A stretch of 30,639 bases of DNA, taken from a virus. The position numbers were made by a program, and so were the translations under genes. This document shows, in pieces, positions 1-5,281 of this stretch (position 1 is the stretch's first letter; each line of letters starts with the position of its first letter). The DNA is taken from IMG/VR virus record IMGVR_UViG_3300045988_023566, positions 1 through 30,639 of that record. One strand, given 5' to 3'. The notes beneath the pieces are model-generated. The model was not told the origin of the DNA. It did no database searches and saw only the letters and a program-made list of their open reading frames with translations.

Positions 1-141
1 GGCTTTCTTCAGGACCATGGTAATGGTCGCGTAGTTGATGGTGAAGTCGGTGCGTGGCTGTCCGTTGCGGTCGGTGCCGGTCTGCCATTTCAGGTCGCCT
101 TCGACGCGTACCGGGGTGCCTTTGTGGAGGTTCTGGAGGTA
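1..141. repeat. Terminal direct repeat, copy 1 of 2 (identical to 30499-30639)
   Basis: Read directly: nt 1-141 (ggctttcttcaggaccatgg...ttctggaggta) recur base-for-base at 30499-30639. The repeat lies inside one ORF (ssb), so it is a circular-assembly overlap or terminal redundancy rather than a functional repeat. Confidence 0.95.
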
Positions 142-342
142 GGTGGCGGCGAGGCGCTGGTCGTATTCGAAGATCGTGGCGAACATCGTGTCGTGGTCGA
201 CCCACTGGCCGGTCTGCTTGTCCTTGTGGCTGCCGTTGGCGGCTACGCGGATGAGGAGGTATGGGGTGCCGTTCTTGGTCTGCTTGGATTCAGGGTCTGC
301 GACTAGGCGGGCGGAGGGGAGGATGATGTGCGGGTCGTTCAT
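1..342 (-). CDS. ssb: Single-stranded DNA-binding protein, N-terminal OB-fold part (gene crosses the window ends and continues at 30498..30391)
   Basis: ATG at 342-340. Translation is MNDPHIILPSARLVADPESKQTKNGTPYLLIRVAANGSHKDKQTGQWVDHDTMFATIFEYDQRLAATYLQNLHKGTPVRVEGDLKWQTGTDRNGQPRTDFTINYATITMVLKKA..., a typical SSB OB-fold pattern. It is absent from the ORF track because the window edge cuts it. Confidence 0.85.
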   Translation of the reverse strand, partial: MNDPHIILPSARLVADPESKQTKNGTPYLLIRVAANGSHKDKQTGQWVDHDTMFATIFEYDQRLAATYLQNLHKGTPVRVEGDLKWQTGTDRNGQPRTDFTINYATITMVLKKA

Positions 343-365
343 TGGTGTATTGTCCTTTCTTTTTG

Positions 366-1190
366 TCAGTTGGTGGTGGTTTCGATGGTTTCGTTCAGTC
401 GGGTCTCGCCGAGTCGTCGGTGGAGGAGGGCCAAGCCTTTTCTGGTGATCTTGACGGTCGGGGCGAAAGCGAAGAAGCTGCCGTCTTTATGCTGTCCGTG
501 CGATCTTGATTCTACCAAGACTAGGTGTCCGGCTTTCACGCGTTCCGAGGCTGCCCACCATGTGCCGGCATGCCGGTATATCCAACCGTTCTGGTTGAGC
601 CATTCTCGCAATTCTTTCTCGCCGATGGGCGTGCCAGCGTTCGAGAGCAGTTTCGCGGCTTCCCTGACCAGTAGGGCGTCTGGTACGTTGGTGAAGTCAT
701 CCAATGCCTTCGCTTTCGGTTCCAGTTCCTTGATTTGGTTTTCGGCTTCGATTCGCTTGGTTCGTTCCTCTTTCAGGTCTGTTAGCAGTCTGATACCGAA
801 ATCAGGATCGGCAAGGATCTGGTCGATGGTGGCTTCGGTGGCGTAAATGCCATGCTTGCGGATGGACGGCAGTACCTCATGCGTCACCCAACGCTGGAAG
901 CGCCTAACGAATTTCTTCTGCTCGCCGTCGAGGTATCCAAGCTCGCGGTTGAGAATCGCACGGTAGAGGCCGGCCTCGGTGATAACCGTCATGTTCTGCA
1001 CGCCGCCACGGGGGGTGGGCACTTGGTGCATACCCTTTTCGTCGCGGTCAAGATTTCGAGCCATGTCTTTCGCGCTTCCATATCCGAGAATCTTGGCGAT
1101 GTCGGATGCGACGAACATCACTTCGTCGCCATCGGCCAGTGCCCTGACCTGGTTGTTTTCAAACTCGAATGGTTGGATTTCGGTATTCAT
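366..1190 (-). CDS. Phage antirepressor, Bro-N domain plus KilAC/ANT-type C-terminal domain (paralog 2)
   Basis: 274-aa ORF. The N-terminus (FEFENNQVRALADGDEVMFVASDIAKILGY) matches the Bro-N pattern. The C-terminus (LDDFTNVPDALLVREAAKLL...GWIY) matches the KilAC antirepressor pattern. The C-terminal half is very similar to ORF 1207..1989. Confidence 0.8.
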   Translation of the reverse strand: MNTEIQPFEFENNQVRALADGDEVMFVASDIAKILGYGSAKDMARNLDRDEKGMHQVPTPRGGVQNMTVITEAGLYRAILNRELGYLDGEQKKFVRRFQRWVTHEVLPSIRKHGIYATEATIDQILADPDFGIRLLTDLKEERTKRIEAENQIKELEPKAKALDDFTNVPDALLVREAAKLLSNAGTPIGEKELREWLNQNGWIYRHAGTWWAASERVKAGHLVLVESRSHGQHKDGSFFAFAPTVKITRKGLALLHRRLGETRLNETIETTTN

Positions 1191-1206
1191 TTTATTGCCT
1201 TTTTTG

Positions 1207-1989
1207 TCAGTGGAGGGTGTTTTCGAAAGTCTCGTTCAGGCGGGTTTCGCCGAGACGCTGGTGGAGTAGCGATAGGCCTTTGCGGGTGATTCGTACGGTC
1301 GGGGGGAAAGCGAATTTCGTGCCGTCTGCTTTGGTGCCGTGTTTTGTGGACATGACCATTACGAGGTGGCCGGCCGTGCAGTGTTTCGCTGTGGCGTGCC
1401 ATGAGCCATTGGATTTGTAGATCCAGTCGTTGGCTGTCATCCATTCGCGCAGTTGGTTTTCGCTGATTGGCGTGCCTGCGTTGGAGAGGATTTTGGCGGC
1501 GTCGCGGACGAGGAGTCGGTCTTCCACGTTGGTGAAATCGTCTAGGGCTTTGGCTTTCGGTTCCAGTGCCTTGACTTTTTCCTGCTCTTCCTTCAGCTTG
1601 GTTGCGAGTTGGATAAGGAAGTCCGGGCTGGTAAGGGCCTTGTTGATGGTCTGTTGGGTCATGTATGCGCCATGCTTGCGGATGGTGGGGAGCACCTCGT
1701 GAGTTACCCAACGCTGGAACTCGTGGGCCTCCGGCTTACGGGAACGCATGATCAGCTTGTATAATCCCGGCTCGCTGATGAAAACCGGCGCTTTACCGCC
1801 GTTCTGGGCAATATCCGTACTACGGACATTGGTGATTTCGTCTTCGTCGAGGTATTCGCGAAGATGGTTAGTGCCGGTGCCGAGGATGTTGCACACATCC
1901 TGTCCTGAGAACCATGGTTCGCCAGTATTGTCTGTCAGGGTGCGCAGCGATGTGGCGTTGAAGTCGAATGTTTGGATTTCGGCGTTCAT
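1207..1989 (-). CDS. Phage antirepressor, Bro-N plus KilAC/ANT-type domain (paralog 1)
   Basis: 260-aa ORF. N-terminus FDFNATSLRTLTDNTGEPWFSGQDVCNILG (Bro-N). C-terminus LDDFTNVEDRLLVRDAAKILSNAGTPISENQLREWM...TVRITRKGLSLLHQRLGETRLNE is nearly collinear with the downstream paralog. Confidence 0.8.
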   Translation of the reverse strand: MNAEIQTFDFNATSLRTLTDNTGEPWFSGQDVCNILGTGTNHLREYLDEDEITNVRSTDIAQNGGKAPVFISEPGLYKLIMRSRKPEAHEFQRWVTHEVLPTIRKHGAYMTQQTINKALTSPDFLIQLATKLKEEQEKVKALEPKAKALDDFTNVEDRLLVRDAAKILSNAGTPISENQLREWMTANDWIYKSNGSWHATAKHCTAGHLVMVMSTKHGTKADGTKFAFPPTVRITRKGLSLLHQRLGETRLNETFENTLH

Positions 1990-2015
1990 TTGGTTTCCTT
2001 CTTTGCTTGGTGATG

Positions 2016-2048
2016 TTTAAGGGGCGAACGATATGTTCACCCCTTAAA
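2016..2048 (-). other. Stable hairpin between the HTH gene and the first antirepressor gene
   Basis: TTTAAGGGG-C-GAAC-GATAT-GTTC-A-CCCCTTAAA; the arms are perfectly complementary (9 bp plus 4 bp). There is no U-tract on the minus strand, so it may be an attenuator, processing site or operator rather than a classical terminator. Confidence 0.5.
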
Positions 2049-2067
2049 TGGTTGGTTGGTTGGATGG

Positions 2068-2247
2068 TTACTCGTTGTCCGAGTGGCATTCCTTGTCGGG
2101 GATTACGTCCGGGTCGAGGAAGTAGCATCTGCCGACTTTGACTGCGTGGAGTCGTCCTTCGCGGATGAAGCGGCGGACGGTCTGGATGTTGAGCTTCCAG
2201 CGGTTGGCGTATTCAGGGACTGTTGCTGTATATGTTTTAGCGTTCAT
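2068..2247 (-). CDS. Small HTH DNA-binding protein, excisionase/MerR-like (HTH_17-type); probably leaderless
   Basis: MNAKTYTATVPEYANRWKLNIQTVRRFIREGRLHAVKVGRCYFLDPD fits the Xis/AlpA-type pattern (..IqTvrR.ir.G.l.avKvGr...). The track start at 2256 overlaps the TATAAT box, so the second ATG (2247), 7 nt after the -10, is preferred. Confidence 0.7.
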   Translation of the reverse strand: MNAKTYTATVPEYANRWKLNIQTVRRFIREGRLHAVKVGRCYFLDPDVIPDKECHSDNE

Positions 2248-2254
2248 ACGTCTC

Positions 2255-2283
2255 ATTATATAACGCGTCGACTATTCTTGCAA
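2255..2283 (-). promoter_or_regulatory. Leftward early promoter: TTGCAA - 17 nt - TATAAT, 7 nt upstream of ATG 2247
   Basis: The minus strand reads TTGCAAgaatagtcgacgcgttaTATAATgagacgtATG. This is a near-consensus sigma70/SigA-type -35 and -10 with 17-nt spacing. The expected start site falls at or next to the ATG, giving a leaderless mRNA. Confidence 0.7.
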
Positions 2284-2341
2284 TCTATTTCGCGTCGGTG
2301 TGTTACTGGCATGTGTGAAGTAGATCGGAGGTTTTGGGTAT

Positions 2342-2385
2342 AAAAAAGTGCTCAACCGGAAAGAGGGCGAAAACCGGTTGAGCAC
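2342..2385 (-). terminator. Perfect 12-bp stem hairpin with a T6 tail on the minus strand, in the divergent control region
   Basis: GTGCTCAACCGG (2348-2359), a 14-nt loop, then CCGGTTGAGCAC (2374-2385), preceded on the + strand by AAAAAA (2342-2347). Read on the minus strand this is a hairpin followed by TTTTTTA. It could alternatively be a palindromic operator. Confidence 0.55.
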
Positions 2386-2483
2386 TGTCCAAGGGGAAAG
2401 CGGATCACAATGAGGACAAGAACCATCAAAGCACTCTTTCTTCTGGATTGCAAATCGGTCCATGCGGCGGATTGTCATTGTTC

Positions 2484-2510
2484 GGCGTGTCGCGAGAGTG
2501 ATCGTAATAT
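2484..2510 (+). promoter_or_regulatory. Candidate rightward promoter P0: GGCGTGTC motif plus TAATAT -10
   Basis: GGCGTGTC at 2484-2491 and TAATAT at 2505-2510, about 55 nt upstream of the SD/ATG of gene 2568. The 5' UTR contains a small hairpin GTAGGAcatgaaATCCTAC. Confidence 0.45.
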
Positions 2511-2567
2511 TATGTGTATATCAAACAACGTAGGACATGAAATCCTACACCTAGAAAGGAAACAGAA

Positions 2568-2789
2568 ATGTCCGAGAACAACAACAACAACGACAACGAG
2601 AACGTCCAGCCGCAGGCCGCCCCACAGCCGATCATCATCAACAACGTGATGGGCACACAGCCGGACGACAGCGGCAAGAAGAAGGCCCCCGGGTTCCTCA
2701 AGGTACTCATCTATTCCGTCCTTACGGGTGGCATCTACTTCTTCTACTGGCTCGTCAAGATGCTGAGCGGCGGATACCGCACCAAGTAA
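2568..2789 (+). CDS. Small membrane protein with an Asn-rich N-terminus and one C-terminal TM segment (DUF4234-like GGIYxFYW motif)
   Basis: SD aaaggaaacagaaATG. 73 aa; the C-terminus FLKVLIYSVLTGGIYFFYWLVKML is hydrophobic. Codons end in C/A like the neighbouring genes. Confidence 0.7.
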   Translation: MSENNNNNDNENVQPQAAPQPIIINNVMGTQPDDSGKKKAPGFLKVLIYSVLTGGIYFFYWLVKMLSGGYRTK

Positions 2790-2806
2790 CTTCAGACAGA
2801 TAAGAT

Positions 2807-2850
2807 AATCCCCGTCCCTAGTCTTTCGACCAGAGGCGGGGATTATTATT
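2807..2850 (+). terminator. Hairpin plus T-rich tail after gene 2568..2789
   Basis: AATCCCCG (2807-2814) pairs with CGGGGATT (2837-2844) and is followed by ATTATTATT. The loop is long (22 nt), so this is only moderately convincing. Confidence 0.45.
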
Positions 2851-2929
2851 ATTCAAGGAAAAGCAGCCGGGGCGGGAAACCAATAAAACGCCCCGACGCT
2901 CATAATCCTACCACAAAAGGAGGTTCTAA

Positions 2930-3340
2930 ATGGAAATCATGCTGGACAACGGAGCGTACAAACCGTCACGAGGCCACGAGACCGACGCAGGGCTTGATCT
3001 GCGTACGCCAAAGGACGTGACGGTACCGGCGTACGGAAGCGCGATAGTCGATACTGGCGTGCACGTGGCATTGCCGCATGGATGCGCTGGACTGCTCGTC
3101 AGCAAGAGCGGACTCAACGTCAGGCACGACATCACGAGCACCGGACTCATCGACGAAGGTTATACCGGGAGCATCGTGGTCAAGCTCTACAATCACGGCG
3201 GCGGGGATTACCAGCTTGCGGCCGGAGACAAGATCACGCAGCTGGTCGTGTTCCCGGTGGTCCGCGAGTCATTGGAGCAGGTGTCTGCGTTCAATGCGAC
3301 GGAACGTGGCGACAACGGTTTCGGAAGCACCGGACGGTAA
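2930..3340 (+). CDS. dut: dUTP diphosphatase (trimeric dUTPase)
   Basis: SD aaaggaggttctaaATG. dUTPase motifs are present: AGLDL, SKSGL, GLIDEGYTG, and RGDNGFGSTG at the C-terminus. Confidence 0.92.
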   Translation: MEIMLDNGAYKPSRGHETDAGLDLRTPKDVTVPAYGSAIVDTGVHVALPHGCAGLLVSKSGLNVRHDITSTGLIDEGYTGSIVVKLYNHGGGDYQLAAGDKITQLVVFPVVRESLEQVSAFNATERGDNGFGSTGR

Positions 3341-3343
3341 GCC

Positions 3344-3679
3344 ATGTGGAACGGACGGAGCAAATATCATGCCAAGAAGACGACCGTGGACGGCATTACC
3401 TTCGATTCGAAGCGTGAGGCCGACAGATACACGGTCTTGAAGCGAATGGAGCAGGAAGGAGCCATAGAAGGCCTCAGGAGGCAGGTGCGCTACGAGCTCA
3501 TCCCGTCCTTCGACGTGGATGGCAAGCACTACAGGCCCGTCTATTATGTGGCTGACTTCGTCTACCGTGAGGATGGCCATGAGGTCGTCGAAGACGTCAA
3601 AGGCATGAGGACCGACGTGTACCGACTCAAGAGCAAGCTCTTCGCACGACGGTACGGCAAGTTCATCAAGGAGACGTGA
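3344..3679 (+). CDS. DUF1064-family protein (PD-(D/E)XK-like phage protein)
   Basis: GRSKYHAKKTTVDGITFDSKREADRYTVL...YYVADFVYREDGHEVVEDVKGMRTDVYRLKSKLF matches the characteristic DUF1064 pattern (KY.a.k....G..FdSk.Ea..y..L; aDF.y...g...veDvKG..t..y.lK). Confidence 0.8.
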   Translation: MWNGRSKYHAKKTTVDGITFDSKREADRYTVLKRMEQEGAIEGLRRQVRYELIPSFDVDGKHYRPVYYVADFVYREDGHEVVEDVKGMRTDVYRLKSKLFARRYGKFIKET

Positions 3680-3698
3680 CGGCCTAAGGAACGGGCAT

Positions 3699-3746
3699 GG
3701 CCCCGGTTGGTCTAGGGAGGAATCCCGGACCGGCCGGGGCCTTTTC
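3699..3746 (+). terminator. Rho-independent terminator after the dut-DUF1064 unit
   Basis: A long imperfect hairpin: GGCCCCGG..GGTC..GGGA-ggaa-TCCC..GACC..CCGGGGCC (3699-3741), followed by TTTTCG. Confidence 0.75.
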
Positions 3747-3793
3747 GTTGGCGTCGACAAAAAGGCAGGAGAGGCAGAAAAGCAAGCCAGCCT

Positions 3794-3876
3794 CAGTATT
3801 CAGGTATCAACCCTCAATACCTAGGTATCGACCCCCCAATACCTAGGTATCGACCCCCAGTACATAGGTATCGAGC
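3794..3876. repeat. Iteron family A: four tandem 21-22-bp repeats (cAATACCTAGGTATCGACCCC)
   Basis: Copies at 3794-3814, 3815-3836, 3837-3857 and 3858-3876. The two middle copies are identical apart from one extra C in the 3' C-run and contain the perfect 10-bp palindrome TACCTAGGTA. The outer copies are degenerate (cAGTATTCAGGTATCAACCCT and cAGTACATAGGTATCGAGC). Confidence 0.9.
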
Positions 3877-3878
3877 AA

Positions 3879-3933
3879 AGACCCTTCTACTAGACCCTTC
3901 TACTAGAAGATCCTTCTACTAGACCCTTCTAAA
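3879..3933. repeat. Iteron family B: four 13-bp direct repeats (AGACCCTTCTACT)
   Basis: 3879-3891 and 3892-3904 are identical. 3908-3920 is AGATCCTTCTACT and 3921-3933 is AGACCCTTCTAAA. Periods are 13, 16 and 13 bp. Confidence 0.9.
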
Positions 3934-3937
3934 TAAT

Positions 3938-3957
3938 GCGGCTCCGCGGGGAGCCGC
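3938..3957. other. Perfect 8-bp GC-rich hairpin GCGGCTCC-gcgg-GGAGCCGC
   Basis: Read directly; it sits between iteron family B and the first D element. Confidence 0.7.
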
Positions 3958-4033
3958 GTTGCACTCCCGAGTGGAGCTAATCCCAATCCCAGGGGATTCG
4001 GAGCCTAGACCGATCGGAGCTGGGTCTCGGTGG

Positions 4034-4116
4034 CTTCGGTGACCGAGGCATTGGGCCATGGGATCTGACCTGATGTCTTCCAGGCTTCTTCCATGGCTCT
4101 GAGCAGAGGAGGAGGA
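4034..4116 (+). repeat. D1: first copy of a roughly 80-nt imperfect direct repeat containing a CCATGG-centred 11-bp stem (candidate structured RNA or DNA element)
   Basis: cttcggtgaccgaggcattgggccatgggatc...ttccatggctctgagcagaggaggagga. The 5' arm GGGCCATGGGA (4053-4063) pairs with TTCCATGGCTC (4089-4099). It is about 90% identical to D2 outside the loop. Confidence 0.7.
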
Positions 4117-4170
4117 ATAGGGTGGAGTCATCGGGAGCTCTTTCAACCCCCCCTACTGAGTGATAAGCCT

Positions 4171-4253
4171 ACCCTCAAAATGAGGGTGCCAACTCTCAAA
4201 ATGAGGGTGGCCAACACTCAAAATGAGTGTTAGCTAAACCTCAAAATGAGGAC
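4171..4253. repeat. Iteron family C: four copies of the palindromic core CTCAAAATGAG spaced 21-23 bp apart
   Basis: Cores start at 4174, 4195, 4217 and 4240. Copy 1 extends to ACCCTCA-AAA-TGAGGGT and copy 3 to CACTCA-AAA-TGAGTG. Confidence 0.9.
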
Positions 4254-4375
4254 TCATATATATAGCTCTATAGGGATAGGTAGATACTCTAGTTAGATAG
4301 AGATAAGAGAGAGAAAGAAAGATAAATCTTTCTTTCCAAAGAGAGAGAAACCGAAACCAGTCTTCCAAATCAATC
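4254..4375. other. AT-rich block with a purine/pyrimidine mirror tract and a perfect 10-bp inverted repeat (candidate DNA-unwinding element)
   Basis: catatatatagctctatagggataggtagatactctagttagatagagataagagagagaaagaaagataaatctttctttcc... GAAAGAAAGA (4313-4322), loop taaa, TCTTTCTTTC (4327-4336). This looks like the most AT-rich stretch of the window and is flanked by D1/C iterons and D2. Confidence 0.6.
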
Positions 4376-4383
4376 CTTGGACA

Positions 4384-4464
4384 CTTCGGTGACTGAGGCA
4401 TTGAGCCATGGGATCCTCTCGATACTGTCCACGCTCCTTCCATGGCTCTAAGCATCGAGGAGGA
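4384..4464 (+). repeat. D2: second copy of the roughly 80-nt hairpin element
   Basis: cttcggtgactgaggcattgagccatgggatc...ttccatggctctaagcatcgaggagga. The stem is GAGCCATGGGA (4403-4413) with TTCCATGGCTC (4438-4448). It is followed by a second perfect stem, AGCATCGA (4451-4458) with TCGATGCT (4478-4485). Confidence 0.7.
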
Positions 4465-4639
4465 TACGGTCTTGGCTTCGATGCTGCCCTTCGGGCCTTG
4501 GTCCCGGTTCCCGGACTGAATGGGCAGGGAGGAGAGTTGGTCTGTGCTTGGCTTGGGTGGTTCTCTCGCCGCTTGGCGTTCTCGATGCTTTTCGTTGCTG
4601 TTTTGGGCTGGAATGTCGCTTTCGTGCGTAAAGGCCTTT

Positions 4640-4695
4640 TTGACGGGCTGTCGTGGGTGGACCTTGACGAGTTATCGTGTTTGACGGGAAAATCG
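4640..4695 (+). repeat. Three TTGACGRG-N3/4-TCG repeats within a local G+T-rich island
   Basis: TTGACGGGctgTCG (4640), TTGACGAGttaTCG (4664) and TTGACGGGaaaaTCG (4681). The surrounding 4500-4760 region is G/T-rich on the + strand, unlike its flanks. Confidence 0.6.
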
Positions 4696-4820
4696 GTTTG
4701 AGGGGCCTTTACGTGCGTTCTGGAGGCATGTGCGGTAAAAAGCATGCGGGAGGGATGCTGTAGATGAGTGAACGAGCCGTGCCGGACCGTCCGCCTTCCA
4801 CGCTTTTCAAGCTTGTGTGC

Positions 4821-4826
4821 TATACT
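4821..4826 (+). promoter_or_regulatory. Candidate -10 box TATACT for gene 4861..5106
   Basis: cttgtgtgcTATACTtatagc, about 35 nt upstream of the ATG. No clear -35 was seen. Confidence 0.4.
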
Positions 4827-4860
4827 TATAGCAACGCTAAAACCAAGAAAGGAACCAACA

Positions 4861-5106
4861 ATGAGCGTTTACGAAGCCATCGGCAATCTCCTCGTCGAAC
4901 GGTACGGAGTCCACTTCAGCGAGGAAGGCGAACAGAAATCCCGCAAGTTCTTTGCCGGCCTGTGCGCGAAGTTCAGCGAAGAGGAAGTACTCGAAGCATG
5001 GAAGACCGCATGCGGGAAGTACGACAATCCGACTACCGCGCTCTCGAAGCTCGGCGGCATTCTCTACAATCGCAGTCTCTTCAGCTCGTTCATTGAGAAA
5101 AATTAA
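4861..5106 (+). CDS. Hypothetical protein (81 aa)
   Basis: SD aagaaaggaaccaacaATG. MSVYEAIGNLLVERYGVHFSEEGEQKSRKFF... The track ORF 4768..5106 is in the same frame, but the internal start has the SD. Codon usage is C/A-ending like neighbouring genes. Confidence 0.65.
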   Translation: MSVYEAIGNLLVERYGVHFSEEGEQKSRKFFAGLCAKFSEEEVLEAWKTACGKYDNPTTALSKLGGILYNRSLFSSFIEKN

Positions 5107-5115
5107 AAAAACATC

Positions 5116-5144
5116 GGCGTGTCGTCCAAAAAACGTGATACACT
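5116..5144 (+). promoter_or_regulatory. Candidate promoter P1: GGCGTGTC motif plus extended -10 TGATACACT
   Basis: GGCGTGTC at 5116-5123 and TGaTACACT at 5136-5144, upstream of the replication genes. Confidence 0.5.
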
Positions 5145-5206
5145 AGAGACATACGCCATGTGAGATACCCCTACCGCTCATGTGGAGGATGTCAATCACA
5201 TGGCAT

Positions 5207-5277
5207 GAATCCCATTGATTGCTACCGGGGTAGGGCCGGTAGCAGTCGGTGGGATTCACTTTTTCCCGAAGGAAAAA
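5207..5277 (+). promoter_or_regulatory. Structured leader of the replication gene: nested 8+8-bp hairpin, T5 run, then an SD-sequestering hairpin
   Basis: GAATCCCA (5207-5214) pairs with TGGGATTC (5250-5257). Nested inside, GCTACCGG (5221-5228) pairs with CCGGTAGC (5236-5243). These are followed by acTTTTT. Then TTTTTCC (5260-5266), loop cgaa, GGAAAAA (5271-5277), which overlaps the SD gaaggaaaaa of ATG 5282. Confidence 0.55.
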
Positions 5278-5281
5278 CATC

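Noticed and set aside
1-141. Interpreting the 141-nt end repeat as a biological long terminal repeat or direct terminal repeat of the virion DNA.
   Set aside because: It lies in the middle of the ssb coding sequence and is exactly identical. An assembly overlap of a circular or circularly permuted molecule is the simpler explanation, and the real termini need read-level analysis.
2272-2478. 68-aa minus-strand ORF in the divergent control region (it contains CxxxxCxxC).
   Set aside because: It reads through the 12-bp-stem terminator hairpin and the leftward promoter, has no SD, and has mixed codon bias. A non-coding function is more likely.
3794-4253. Possible CRISPR array, suggested by regularly spaced repeats.
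   Set aside because: The repeats are 11-22 bp and directly abutting or separated by only about 10 bp. There are no unique spacers of 25-40 bp, only four copies per family, and no cas genes.
3919-4745. ORFs inside the repeat hub: 3919..4146 (-), 4234..4455 (-), 4293..4745 (-) and 4408..4701 (+).
   Set aside because: They run through iterons, the AT-rich block and the D1/D2 hairpins. The conserved D1/D2 flanks fall in different frames because of a 1-nt loop indel. The predicted proteins are S/T/P/K/R-rich or start inside a hairpin without an SD. The + strand 97-aa ORF has a hydrophobic stretch, but its G/T-ending codons are atypical for real + strand genes in this domain.
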